In this document: positions 19,396 through 29,393 of the stretch, in pieces
Layout: each line of letters opens with the position of its first letter
Numbering within the stretch: the stretch's first letter is position 1
Source: Candidatus Aenigmatarchaeota archaeon
GTDB lineage: Archaea > Aenigmatarchaeota > Aenigmatarchaeia > CG10238-14 > SCSR01
Direction of reading: 5' to 3'
Length of the DNA: 64,000 nt
NCBI GenBank assembly: GCA_038999725.1
Contig: JAWBWS010000001.1
Span: forward strand, 193,713 to 257,712
The notes under the pieces: generated by a model
What the model saw: only the letters and a program-made list of their open reading frames with translations
Told to the model about the DNA's origin: nothing
Databases searched by the model: none
Position numbers and translations under genes: made by a program

Positions 19396-21879
19396 TTATT
19401 CATCCTTTTTAAAAAAGCTTAATATTTTTTTCTGTTTCTTTTCATTTAAAATTTCCTCTTTTGTTATTCCAAGAGCTTTTAAGACACGCATGCTAGCAGG
19501 AAGAATTTGATGATGAGTGTAATATTCAGGATCATACTCACCAGGTTTGACATCTTCAACAGGTTCGGCTCTATCTGAAATTGAGCCAGATCCCTTTACT
19601 ATCACAAAACCTATAATACTTCCCTCACCTACAAGCTTTCCTCTAGCTCTTGCTTTCTGTGCTGCTTTTACATGAGGCCCGATTTGCTCATATTGACTTA
19701 ATGGGCGAGTAATTTGCTCAAAGATTGTTAATTCTTCTAACGGAATTTTTCCCTCTTTAATTTTTTTGATAGTTTCTCTCACAAGCTGGATAGCTTTGTC
19801 AGGATTTTTGTCTCTCAAAATCGTGATTAATACATCTCTTTGAATTTTCTTACTCAATTCACACCAATCTCTCCTTACTGCTTCATATCCTCTTATTTCA
19901 ATGTTGCCATTGTAATCTAGAAGTGCATATCTTTTTTTAGCTCCAACCTCACCTTTTTCTCTTGCAACAAATATTCCACCTTCGTACAAATCTCTGAATT
20001 CCAACTCTATTATACCCGGCAGCTTATTATTGACTTTTTCTACAAATTTTCTACCCACCTCAATCAATTTTTCTCTCGATTTTTCCGGATATTTTGCCAT
20101 TAGCGAATCTGTATCACCGTAAATTATTTCTAGACCAAATTTTTTGGCTTCATCAATCACAGTTGTAATATACTTTCTACCCCATGCAGCTGTTGCAGCA
20201 CCACATTCCCTTTTATACCATTTTGCACCTACAAAACCAAAATACCCATAAGAGGCATTTGCAATTATCTTTAAAGCATATTGAAGATTGTCCAACTTCT
20301 TCCATTCTTCACTGTTTTTTTCAAGTTTTTTCATCATCTTTTTGATTTCCAACCTTTTTTTAATCAGCTCTTCCAAATGTTTTGGTATGAACCCTTTGTT
20401 TTTTATACAAAAATGCCATTTGGTCTCCGGTACTGCATTTTTTTCTTTACATTCTTCATGATTGCAGTTTAGAGTTTCTGGGGAAATGTTATGAGAAACT
20501 ATTATCGTTGGATACAAACTTCTAAAATCAAAAACCAAGATGTCTGAATGAATTCCTTTTTTTGGCTCAATCACTATTGCCCCCTTGTAAGCTGGGGACA
20601 TTTTCCTCTTCTCTATTTCTTCTGTTTTTGGTCTGTTTGGTATAATCACATCATCAAGAAAAGCCCTTCTCATGTAAAAAGCTTCTACAAGCTGGGAATA
20701 GGTGTTTCTACATACATCAAACGGTAAAAGGCCCGTCAACCTACTAATAGCAAAAATTTGTGGTAATATCAGCTCAGAAAGTTTGAAAGTTAATATGGAA
20801 TCATGTAAGCTGTATTCAGCTAGTCTTTCTAAACCCTTTTTCTTAGTCCAAATTTCAACCATTTCCTTGTATTCCATCTCTTTTTTACCTATTCCAAGTA
20901 ACTCTTCTGCAACCTCATTTAAAGTTAAAACCTCACTTTTCAAGCTTGTTGATAGGATGTGATCAATAAAATTGAATAGGTCTATGTGTACTCTACCTTT
21001 AATTTTGGTTGAGCTTACTCTCCCCCTTCTAACTAAATGTATTGGAGAATTATCTCTCCCAAGTTTTAAGGGAACTTTCAGTTCTTCTGCCCTTTCTTTA
21101 AGTTTAGGAAAATCAAAATTGTCACCATTATAAGTGCATATGAAATCAGGATCCTCCTTTTCCACAATTTCCAAAAACCTTTCTATTATTTCTCTCTCTT
21201 CTTTGAGAGATTCTACATAATCTGGTTGGTTTTCCCAACACTCGGAAGTTAAGACCTTTTTCATCCCTCTGCTTGAAACAAGACTTAACATAATCAGTTT
21301 CGATTTTCCATTTTCCTCTACAAATTCTGTATCAAAAGCTAAAACATTTAGCTCAACATCTGTTGGTAAACTTTCTTGTTTTACTACTTTTATAGAGTTG
21401 GCTTTAATTATGTAATCCGCTTTATAGTTTTCTTTATTTTCTATTTTCTTCCCATCAACTTTAATCCAGTTCATAGGCTCAATTTGTTTGTCTATCAAGT
21501 AACGCTTGTAGAAAGGAATATCATACTCGTAAGTTTCTTCTACATCTTCCAATTCCTTCACAATATTTCTGATGTTTTGAATTTTCCTTGGATTGTCAAT
21601 TACCAATTTTAAAATTTTTATCTTCTCGAGTTGTAATTTTTTTTCCGTTGTTATAACTTCAACTATCTTGATGTTTACATCTTTTGTATTAACCTCTTCA
21701 ATTTTTTTCTTAACCTCTTCAATTTTGTTTTTCTTAGGCAACACATAAAAGTATGGGTAAAAATCTTGGTCTAGAACCAAACAGTTTTTACCTTTAGAAT
21801 CTTTACAATAAAGCCTAACAACAGGTTTTTCTTCCATTACAGTATAGTCGACATCTAAAAGAAACAAATTTTCTTCCAA
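19396..21879 (-). CDS. polB: Family B DNA polymerase
   Basis: ExoI FDTE, YNGDNFDF, DFRSLYPTII, KIIANASYGY, YGDTDS. Confidence 0.96.
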   Translation of the reverse strand: MEENLFLLDVDYTVMEEKPVVRLYCKDSKGKNCLVLDQDFYPYFYVLPKKNKIEEVKKKIEEVNTKDVNIKIVEVITTEKKLQLEKIKILKLVIDNPRKIQNIRNIVKELEDVEETYEYDIPFYKRYLIDKQIEPMNWIKVDGKKIENKENYKADYIIKANSIKVVKQESLPTDVELNVLAFDTEFVEENGKSKLIMLSLVSSRGMKKVLTSECWENQPDYVESLKEEREIIERFLEIVEKEDPDFICTYNGDNFDFPKLKERAEELKVPLKLGRDNSPIHLVRRGRVSSTKIKGRVHIDLFNFIDHILSTSLKSEVLTLNEVAEELLGIGKKEMEYKEMVEIWTKKKGLERLAEYSLHDSILTFKLSELILPQIFAISRLTGLLPFDVCRNTYSQLVEAFYMRRAFLDDVIIPNRPKTEEIEKRKMSPAYKGAIVIEPKKGIHSDILVFDFRSLYPTIIVSHNISPETLNCNHEECKEKNAVPETKWHFCIKNKGFIPKHLEELIKKRLEIKKMMKKLEKNSEEWKKLDNLQYALKIIANASYGYFGFVGAKWYKRECGAATAAWGRKYITTVIDEAKKFGLEIIYGDTDSLMAKYPEKSREKLIEVGRKFVEKVNNKLPGIIELEFRDLYEGGIFVAREKGEVGAKKRYALLDYNGNIEIRGYEAVRRDWCELSKKIQRDVLITILRDKNPDKAIQLVRETIKKIKEGKIPLEELTIFEQITRPLSQYEQIGPHVKAAQKARARGKLVGEGSIIGFVIVKGSGSISDRAEPVEDVKPGEYDPEYYTHHQILPASMRVLKALGITKEEILNEKKQKKILSFFKKDE

Positions 21880-21968
21880 GATACCACTAATAATTATTTT
21901 TTAATTTAAAAGGATTTAGTGTGTATGAAAGCAAAATTATTTGTGTTTAATTGACATAAATTTTATAT

Positions 21969-23060
21969 GTGGTAAAAAAGTTTTTGAAAATACCAACACG
22001 ACCAATTGAGGTTTGGCCAGATAAAAAGATAAGTGACTTAACAGAAGAAATGCTTTATACAGGCTATCAAGGAAGAAAGCTTGCCGAGACAATTCAAGTT
22101 TGGTCTAAAATGCTCAAGAAGAAGAGAATTGTGATATGGTTTGGTCTTGCTGGCGCAATGGTACCTGCGGGGATGAGAAAAATTATAGCATACTTGATTC
22201 AAAGAAGAATGATTGATGTGATAGTATCTACAGGGGCCAATCTTTATCATGATTTGGTTGAAGCCCTAGGTATTAAACATTATGTTGGTACACACTCTGT
22301 AGATGACGAAAAACTGAGAAAAGAAAAAATCGACAGAATTTATGATGTTTTTGCAAGTGAAAAAAAATTCTATTGGGCCGATAGTTGGATAGAAAGAGAT
22401 TTTTCTAGGACCTTAAGAGACTATTATCTTTACTCTTCTCGTGAGATTCTTTATCTATTGGGTAAGAGATTAAATCAAGTTGCGAAAGATAAAAATTCAA
22501 TTCTAATAAATGCTTACAAGCAAAAACTTCCAATCTTTTGTCCAGCTTTTGGAGACAGCTCCATAGGCTTTTCAATGATGTTTGCTAACAGAAGGAAAAT
22601 CACAAGAAGGATTGATGATAAGAAGGTTGTATTAAGGAAGAAGAGAATAGTTTGGGATGGTTTGAAAGATGTTGATGAAAGTTCAAAAATAACTGAAAAG
22701 GCAAAAACTACTGGTGTCATATATATTGGTGGAGGGGTGCCAAAAAACTTCATTCAACAAACTGCGGTGATTGCAAGCTATCAAACAAGACATGATAAAA
22801 GTCATAGCTTTGCAATACAAATTTCTACAGACTTGCCACAATGGGGAGGTCTTTCTGGATGCACTTTTGAAGAAGCCAAGAGCTGGGGGAAGATTGGATT
22901 TTCTGCAAAAATGGTTCAATGTTACACCGATGCAACAATAGCTTTACCAATTGTAGTGCATGCGTTAAGCGAGAAGTTTAAGAAACTGAAAAGAGAGGTT
23001 CCGATTTTTGAATGGAAAGGGAGTGAGTTAAAAATTAAATATGAAAAAATGAGGCTTTAA
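21969..23060 (+). CDS. dys: Deoxyhypusine synthase
   Basis: STGANLYHD, IDRIYDV, GGGVPKNF, GGLSGCTFEEAKSWGK, DATIALP. Confidence 0.92.
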   Translation: MVKKFLKIPTRPIEVWPDKKISDLTEEMLYTGYQGRKLAETIQVWSKMLKKKRIVIWFGLAGAMVPAGMRKIIAYLIQRRMIDVIVSTGANLYHDLVEALGIKHYVGTHSVDDEKLRKEKIDRIYDVFASEKKFYWADSWIERDFSRTLRDYYLYSSREILYLLGKRLNQVAKDKNSILINAYKQKLPIFCPAFGDSSIGFSMMFANRRKITRRIDDKKVVLRKKRIVWDGLKDVDESSKITEKAKTTGVIYIGGGVPKNFIQQTAVIASYQTRHDKSHSFAIQISTDLPQWGGLSGCTFEEAKSWGKIGFSAKMVQCYTDATIALPIVVHALSEKFKKLKREVPIFEWKGSELKIKYEKMRL

Positions 23061-23096
23061 TTGTTTGGAGAGGTATAGTGTTTCTAGAGCAAACTT

Positions 23097-24293
23097 TCAC
23101 AACTTTGTTATCCCCAGCAAAAGAAATGTAGCAATAAAAGAAATAGCAGCTCCATAAATAAAAGCTACAGTTGGAGAGAGTATTGTCCATAAACTTCCAA
23201 CTACAAAACTCGAAATAAAATCTCCTATACCATCAATGCTATGAAGTACACCATATCCTGTTCCTCTTATGTTGGAGGGGAGAAGCTGCGCAGCATAAGC
23301 TTTTTCTAATGCAGTATATGTGGCTGCACTTATTCCAGATAAAACAAAAAGGAGGGTGAAGTAAAATAGGCTGGTAGTTGTATAAATAAATCCCAAAGAC
23401 ACGATACCAAACAAGAAAAAACCTAGAGATGCTAATAAAATCTTCTTTCCAATTCTATCACTTAAAGCCCCAACACCATAGTCTGCTATAGCCTGAGCAA
23501 TGTTTCTTATGGTATAGAAGAACACAGCCATGCTACCTGCAATTATAATTCCACTTACAGGTGTCAGCACCTCTTGTACTCTGAGTAAAAGCAAAGTTCG
23601 ATTGAAATTCCCAATTCTAAAAATGAATATGACGAGAAGGAATAATCTAAAGCCTTTGGGCAAAGCTTTTATGTTTCCTATCAATCCTTTCATCCTTTTT
23701 CTATATCTTCTTCTTTCTTTCACACCAATTGTTATTGTAAGAATAGCCAATAAACCAGGAATAAACGATAAGAGGAAAATATTTCTAAAATTAAGTAGGG
23801 GTATTAAAAAGAATGCAATTAAAGGACCTATTATTGCTCCTAAAGTGTCCATTGCTCGATGAAAGCCAAAAGCATGTCCATAATATTTTTTATCAACAGA
23901 GTCAGACAATAAAGCATCTCTCGGAGGTTCCCTTATCCCTCTTCCCATCCAAGCCAAGACTCTGTAGATTAAGACTTCAAACCAATTTCTAACAAATGCT
24001 ATAAGCCCGATAAAAATTCCAGTTAGAAAATAGCCTAATGTAACCAAGGGCTTTCTCTTTCTGAGTTTGTCACTTAACCAACCAGAGAATGTTTTTACAA
24101 AGCTTGAAGAAGCGTCTGACAAGCCAGTAATCAAACCAAGCAACTGAGGCGCAGTTTCAACTCCTACTAATTCAGTTAAAAAAGAAGGCAAGGTGGCCGT
24201 GGCCATTTCATGGCTAGCATCACTGAATAAACTTGTGATCCCCATTACGACAACGTTTCTATTAAACCATTTTCTTTTTGGTATTTTTCTCAC
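23097..24293 (-). CDS. MFS transporter
   Basis: ~12 TM; GWLSDKLRKRK, GRGIREPPRDALL, FGFHRAMDTLGA. Confidence 0.92.
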   Translation of the reverse strand: MRKIPKRKWFNRNVVVMGITSLFSDASHEMATATLPSFLTELVGVETAPQLLGLITGLSDASSSFVKTFSGWLSDKLRKRKPLVTLGYFLTGIFIGLIAFVRNWFEVLIYRVLAWMGRGIREPPRDALLSDSVDKKYYGHAFGFHRAMDTLGAIIGPLIAFFLIPLLNFRNIFLLSFIPGLLAILTITIGVKERRRYRKRMKGLIGNIKALPKGFRLFLLVIFIFRIGNFNRTLLLLRVQEVLTPVSGIIIAGSMAVFFYTIRNIAQAIADYGVGALSDRIGKKILLASLGFFLFGIVSLGFIYTTTSLFYFTLLFVLSGISAATYTALEKAYAAQLLPSNIRGTGYGVLHSIDGIGDFISSFVVGSLWTILSPTVAFIYGAAISFIATFLLLGITKL

Positions 24294-24383
24294 CTTCTAT
24301 TAAATTCTTTTTATTAGGTTAAAGAAATAATCTCATACTATGGTTACACATCTTTCAACTGATTAAATCGTGTTGCTATAAAC

Positions 24384-25025
24384 TCATTTGAAGATAAAAC
24401 CTGTTTCTTTAAACCAGAGCAATTTGTCCAATTCATCGAGTGGAATGTTAATTTGCTTTGAAAATTCTTTCATCTTATTTTCAATCTTAAGGTACTCTTT
24501 TTTAGTCAAACTTTTTGGAATTTCTTCAATAATACCAAGTTCTTTCAAGTTCTTTAAGATGTGAACATCTAGTATTGAAAGCTGATTTTCACTAAGACCA
24601 ACGTTTCTCAAGAAGTGAGAAGCTTCTTTCATTCCCAGACCTTTTATATTCTTAACCAACCATTCCCTCAATTCTAAAGGATCTATGAAAGTTTGAAGAA
24701 ATTCTTTAATCTGTATTTTTTTGTCTACCGTGAACTTTTTTCTAGCATCTATGATATAATTTGCTTTATTTTTGTTAAACCTTACTTTAAGAAATGGTCG
24801 AATTTGTTCAGCAGTACCTTTATATAATAAACCGTTCTCTACTAATTTGCTTATAGATTTCCAAGCATCTTTTGCTTTGGATTGAGGAGTGCAAATACAG
24901 AAAGCAAGTTCAGCAAAAATTCTTTCATTACTCTTACTCATCATTTGCTTGAATTCTAAGAGTTGTCTTTTAATTTCCTCCTTTTTTTCTTCATACAACT
25001 CTAATAATTCTTCAATTTTTTTCAT
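24384..25025 (-). CDS. ogg: 8-oxoguanine DNA glycosylase/AP lyase (archaeal OGG, HhH)
   Basis: ELAFCICTPQS, IKGLGMKEASHFLRNVG, ILDVHIL, LDKLLW. Confidence 0.88.
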   Translation of the reverse strand: MKKIEELLELYEEKKEEIKRQLLEFKQMMSKSNERIFAELAFCICTPQSKAKDAWKSISKLVENGLLYKGTAEQIRPFLKVRFNKNKANYIIDARKKFTVDKKIQIKEFLQTFIDPLELREWLVKNIKGLGMKEASHFLRNVGLSENQLSILDVHILKNLKELGIIEEIPKSLTKKEYLKIENKMKEFSKQINIPLDELDKLLWFKETGFIFK

Positions 25026-25028
25026 ATG

Positions 25029-25943
25029 TTATTCCCCCCAAACAATCTTCTTTTCTTTATGTTCAACTTCAGGATATTTTTGGTATAATTCTCTTCTCCT
25101 TGCTTCTAGCATATCTACAGGTTTACCTAAAAATTCAGCGGCTGTTAAAACATTAATGTTCAACTCTTCACTTGTTTTTAAAACTGTTGCTATTTTCTCT
25201 TTATATTTTAAATCTCTGAGCAAATGATGATCCAAAATTAAAACTTCTGGTGAAGCTTCTTCAATAATTTTTATTAAATTCTTTAGTGAGACTCGAAAAT
25301 TTTCATGAGTATACCTATAGCCAAGCATATAGGTCATAGGGCCGTCAACAATTATAAAATTTGGTTTGTTTTCCAAGATGAATTCAACTTGATCTTTAAT
25401 TACAGGCCCTTCAACATCACTTGTGAAAATAAATTTTTCATTTCCCTCTTTTATTAGAACTTCAATAACCCAACCTAGCTTTTGGTTTGCACCATGAAAA
25501 ACTGGTTCAGAAAAAACAATTTCAGTTTTACCAAATTTAAACTCTTCACCATCAGCATACTCTAAAACAACAGGAAAACCTTTAATTTTTTCAAGGAATA
25601 GAGATGCCCTTTGTTTTTGGCTGAAGTTTATTTTTTCAGTAGGATGTTTAACAAGAACAGTTTTTTTCTTGTAAATTTCCAAATTTTCCCATGGGTTGTG
25701 GTGATCATAATGGTAGTGTGTGATTATAAGAATTTCAGATTCCTTTGCAAACTCAACTATTTTTTTCCAATGTTCTTCCAATCTTTTCAACTCTATAGAA
25801 TGTGGTTGAAGTCCATATCTTAGTGGTGCTAGAGAAACACCAGGGTCTATGAGAATTTTTTGGCTAGTTGTGGTAACTAAACAAGCCATAGATCTTGTAC
25901 CAAGACTTTCAAAAGCTATAGGTAAGATTTTCATCCTATTCAC
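25029..25943 (-). CDS. Metallo-beta-lactamase-fold hydrolase (UPF0282-like)
   Basis: ESLGTRSM, IDPGVSLAP, THYHYDH, FTSDVEGP, DHHLLRD. Confidence 0.85.
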   Translation of the reverse strand: MNRMKILPIAFESLGTRSMACLVTTTSQKILIDPGVSLAPLRYGLQPHSIELKRLEEHWKKIVEFAKESEILIITHYHYDHHNPWENLEIYKKKTVLVKHPTEKINFSQKQRASLFLEKIKGFPVVLEYADGEEFKFGKTEIVFSEPVFHGANQKLGWVIEVLIKEGNEKFIFTSDVEGPVIKDQVEFILENKPNFIIVDGPMTYMLGYRYTHENFRVSLKNLIKIIEEASPEVLILDHHLLRDLKYKEKIATVLKTSEELNINVLTAAEFLGKPVDMLEARRRELYQKYPEVEHKEKKIVWGE

Positions 25944-27558
25944 TTAAACAAGCTTTGATCAAACCATCAAACAATGGAGCTGGTTTAAGTGGTCTTGATT
26001 TAAATTCAGGATGCGCTTGGGTGGCAACAAAATAAGGATGATCTTCAAGTTCAATGAATTCCACAAGTTTTCCATCAGGTGACATCCCAGAAAAAACAAG
26101 TCCATTTTTTTGCAAAATCTCATGGAATTCTGGATTAACTTCAAACCTATGTCTATGTCTTTCGCTTATTTCTTTTTGTTTGTTATACAGCCTCCAAACA
26201 ATTGTGCCCTCTTTAAGAATTGCTGAGTAAGAACCAAGTCTCATGGTTGCGCCATATTTCGATTCTTCTATTAGTTTCTTTTGTTCTGGCAAAATATCTA
26301 CGACAGGATAAGGTGTGTTAGGATCAAATTCTGTAGAATTAGCATTTTTTAACCCACAAACATTCCTTGCAAATTCAACTACAGCCAATTGTAAGCCTAA
26401 ACATAATCCCAAGAAAGGAATTTTATTTTCCCTCGTATATTTTATCGCAGCTATTTTACCTTCTATTCCACTACTTCCAAAGCCACCAGGAATAATTACA
26501 CCGTCAACAGAATTAAGAATTTTAATATTCTTTTCATCTTTCTCAAAAGATTTCGAATCTATCCAGAGAATCTCTGCCTTAACATTATTTTGCCAAGCAG
26601 CATGTTTTGTTGCTTCAATAACTGAAATATAAGAGTCTTTGAGTGTAAATTCTCCAATGTCAAAATATTTTCCAATTATTCCAATCCTAACACTTTTTTT
26701 AACATTTTTTGTTTTATTTAGAAAATCTTCCCATTCTTTTGAATTTACACTTGTTTCTTGAATTCCAAATTTTTCCAAGATCCTTTTCCCAAGTTTTTGT
26801 TTTTCAAACACTATTGGAAGTTCATAAATGTTTTCTATGTCTGGATCAGAAATAACATCCTCTTTTTTCACATTACAAAACAAAGCAATTTTTTCTTTTC
26901 TGATGTCATCTACAGGAAATTCAGATCTACAAATTATGAAGTCTGGCAAGATTCCAAGCTCTCGTAATTTTTGGACCGAATGTTGAGTGGGTTTAGTTTT
27001 TGGTTCACCCAAATGTTTCGGTACCGGTATATAACTCACATGAATGTAAATGCATTTTTCATTTTCCATTTTCATCTGTCTTGCCGCCTCTATGAAAATT
27101 TGGTTTTCATAATCTCCAACAGTTCCACCAATTTCAACAAGGACAAAATCTGCTCCAGATTTTTTTGCAATTTCTTTTATCCTTGTTTTAATTTCATCAG
27201 TTACATGGGGTATCATTTGTACAGTTTTTCCCAAAAATTTACCTTCCCTTTCTTTTTTTATAACACTCCAGAAAATTTGGCCAGAAGTTATGTTGTTTTC
27301 TTTTGAGACGTTTATATCCAAAAACCTTTCATAATGGCCTAAATCTTGATCAATTTCACCCCCATCTTCAGTTACCCAAACCTCTCCATGTTCAGTTGGT
27401 CTCAGAGTTCCCGCATCATAATTTAAGTAACCATCAATTTTTATTACTGTAACTTTAAAACCGCGAAATTGGAGAAGCTTTCCTATAGAGGCAGTTGTTA
27501 TGCCTTTGCCAAGACCGGAGAGTACACCACCAGTTATGAAAATATAATGGGTCTGCAT
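25936..27558 (-). CDS. pyrG: CTP synthase
   Basis: TGGVLSGLGKG, EIGGTVGD, GLCLGLQ, ERHRHRFE, QAHPEF. Confidence 0.97.
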   Translation of the reverse strand: MQTHYIFITGGVLSGLGKGITTASIGKLLQFRGFKVTVIKIDGYLNYDAGTLRPTEHGEVWVTEDGGEIDQDLGHYERFLDINVSKENNITSGQIFWSVIKKEREGKFLGKTVQMIPHVTDEIKTRIKEIAKKSGADFVLVEIGGTVGDYENQIFIEAARQMKMENEKCIYIHVSYIPVPKHLGEPKTKPTQHSVQKLRELGILPDFIICRSEFPVDDIRKEKIALFCNVKKEDVISDPDIENIYELPIVFEKQKLGKRILEKFGIQETSVNSKEWEDFLNKTKNVKKSVRIGIIGKYFDIGEFTLKDSYISVIEATKHAAWQNNVKAEILWIDSKSFEKDEKNIKILNSVDGVIIPGGFGSSGIEGKIAAIKYTRENKIPFLGLCLGLQLAVVEFARNVCGLKNANSTEFDPNTPYPVVDILPEQKKLIEESKYGATMRLGSYSAILKEGTIVWRLYNKQKEISERHRHRFEVNPEFHEILQKNGLVFSGMSPDGKLVEFIELEDHPYFVATQAHPEFKSRPLKPAPLFDGLIKACLSE

Positions 27559-27588
27559 AAATTATTGTGTTATTTTTGAAATTTAAAA

Positions 27589-27909
27589 CTAATCCTGCAA
27601 CTTTATTTCTATGTGTACACCTTGAGGGATGTTAATTCTCATTATTTGCCTCAAAGCTCTTTCATCTGCTTGTACATCTACAACACGCTTGTGAATTCTA
27701 AGTTCCCATTTATCATAAGTGGCATTTCCATGGCCACACCCATCACCACAAGGGGTTTTGAGTGTTACAACTCTCATTCTTTTTGTTGGTAAAGGAATAG
27801 GACCTTTAGTTAAAACACCAAACTTTTTTGCAATTTCCTTTATTTCATGGCAAATTCTATCTAATTCTTCTGGATTTTTTCCAGACAGCTTTATTCTTGC
27901 AACTTGCAT
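27589..27909 (-). CDS. rps10: 30S ribosomal protein S10
   Basis: ARIKLSG...GPIPLPTK...WELRIHKR. Confidence 0.95.
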   Translation of the reverse strand: MQVARIKLSGKNPEELDRICHEIKEIAKKFGVLTKGPIPLPTKRMRVVTLKTPCGDGCGHGNATYDKWELRIHKRVVDVQADERALRQIMRINIPQGVHIEIKLQD

Positions 27910-28070
27910 AACATCACTTAACTTTTCTTTATTTTGGTTTAATTATATTTAAATTCTTTTCCATTGTTGGAATAAGAAATCTACAAGAAAAGATGGTACA
28001 ACAGCAAATAAAAACTATAATTTTAGATTCGTGGAAAAGAGAGAAAAAAAGAATGGGATTCAAAATTTAA

Positions 28071-29348
28071 CTATTTCGCTTTAACTACATCCAAGCAAAT
28101 TCCTGCAGCTACAGTCATTCCCATATCTCTTATGGCAAATCTCGCCAATTCAGGAAAATCTGCTTGCCTTTCTATAACCATTGGCTTTGTTGGAACAACC
28201 CTAATCTTTGCAGCATCTCCAGTCTTAATGAAGTCTGGGTGCTCCTGAACCACCGCCCCAGTTCTTGGATCAATCTTTGCAATTATCTCTTCTATTCTAC
28301 AAGCAACACTAGCAGTGTGACAATGGAATACAGGTGTATAACCAGGACTTATCACACTAGGATGTTGCAAAACAATTATTTGAGCAATAAACTCCTTTGC
28401 AACAGTTGGTGGATTGTCAGGATGTCCAGCAACATCTCCTCTTCTCAACTGCTCTTTTGCTATACCACGAACATTAAAACCAATATTGTCTCCAGGCTTG
28501 GCTTCCGGAATCTGTTTGTGGAAAATTTCTATTGATTTAACTTCACCTTTGACCCCTGCTGGTTCAAATACAAGGGTATCATTGACTCTAAGTATACCAG
28601 TTTCAACTCTACCTACAGGAACGGTACCAACTCCAGAGATTGAATACACATCCTGAATTGGTATTCTCAACGGCTTGTTTATAGGTTTTTCCGGCTCTTT
28701 TATTACTGCATCCAATGTCTCAACAAGTGTTCCACCTTTGTACCAAGGCATGTTGTCAGATTTCTTGACAATATTGTCTCCATAATAAGCTGAAACAGGA
28801 ACAAATGGAATTTCTTCTACTTTGAAGCCAATTGTCTTGAAAAGCTTTATAGCTTCTTCTTTAACTTCATTAAATCTTTTTTCATCGTAATTCACAGTGT
28901 CCATCTTGTTTACTGCTACAATTATTTGATTAACTCCAAGAACCTTTAACAGCCAAGCATGTTCTTTTGTTTGTTCTTGTATACCTTCTCCAGTTTTCCC
29001 TGAAATAACGAATATTGCAGCATCTGCTTGGCTTGCTCCAGTTATCATGTTCTTAACGAAATCTCTATGCCCAGGACAGTCTATAATGGTGAAGAACCAT
29101 TTCTGAGTTTCAAAGGGTCTGTGCATAATATCAATTGTAAGGCCCCTTTCTCTCTCCTCTTTTACAGTATCCATGATAAAGGCAAATTCAAAAGTTTCCT
29201 TCTTAAGTTCAGTCGCAAGTTCTTTCAACTTTCTCAATTCTTCTTCTCTTATAGCTCCACTATCATAAAGCAATCTGCCTATCAAAGTGGATTTCCCTGC
29301 ATCTACATGACCAGCTGTCATTAGGTTAATATTTGGCTTCGCGGGCAT
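28071..29348 (-). CDS. tuf: Elongation factor 1-alpha
   Basis: [37 protein letters not shown]. Confidence 0.97.
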   Translation of the reverse strand: MPAKPNINLMTAGHVDAGKSTLIGRLLYDSGAIREEELRKLKELATELKKETFEFAFIMDTVKEERERGLTIDIMHRPFETQKWFFTIIDCPGHRDFVKNMITGASQADAAIFVISGKTGEGIQEQTKEHAWLLKVLGVNQIIVAVNKMDTVNYDEKRFNEVKEEAIKLFKTIGFKVEEIPFVPVSAYYGDNIVKKSDNMPWYKGGTLVETLDAVIKEPEKPINKPLRIPIQDVYSISGVGTVPVGRVETGILRVNDTLVFEPAGVKGEVKSIEIFHKQIPEAKPGDNIGFNVRGIAKEQLRRGDVAGHPDNPPTVAKEFIAQIIVLQHPSVISPGYTPVFHCHTASVACRIEEIIAKIDPRTGAVVQEHPDFIKTGDAAKIRVVPTKPMVIERQADFPELARFAIRDMGMTVAAGICLDVVKAK

Positions 29349-29393
29349 TTCACATCCCTTCTAATCTTATTTATCGTCGATATTTAAATATAT

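Noticed and set aside
22580..22650. In-frame intron in deoxyhypusine synthase (basic insertion)
   Set aside because: No complementary helix or BHB geometry; looks like a protein-level loop insertion.
27725..27745. BHB intron in rps10
   Set aside because: The only BHB-like cut (10 nt) would create a frameshift and stop in an already intact gene.
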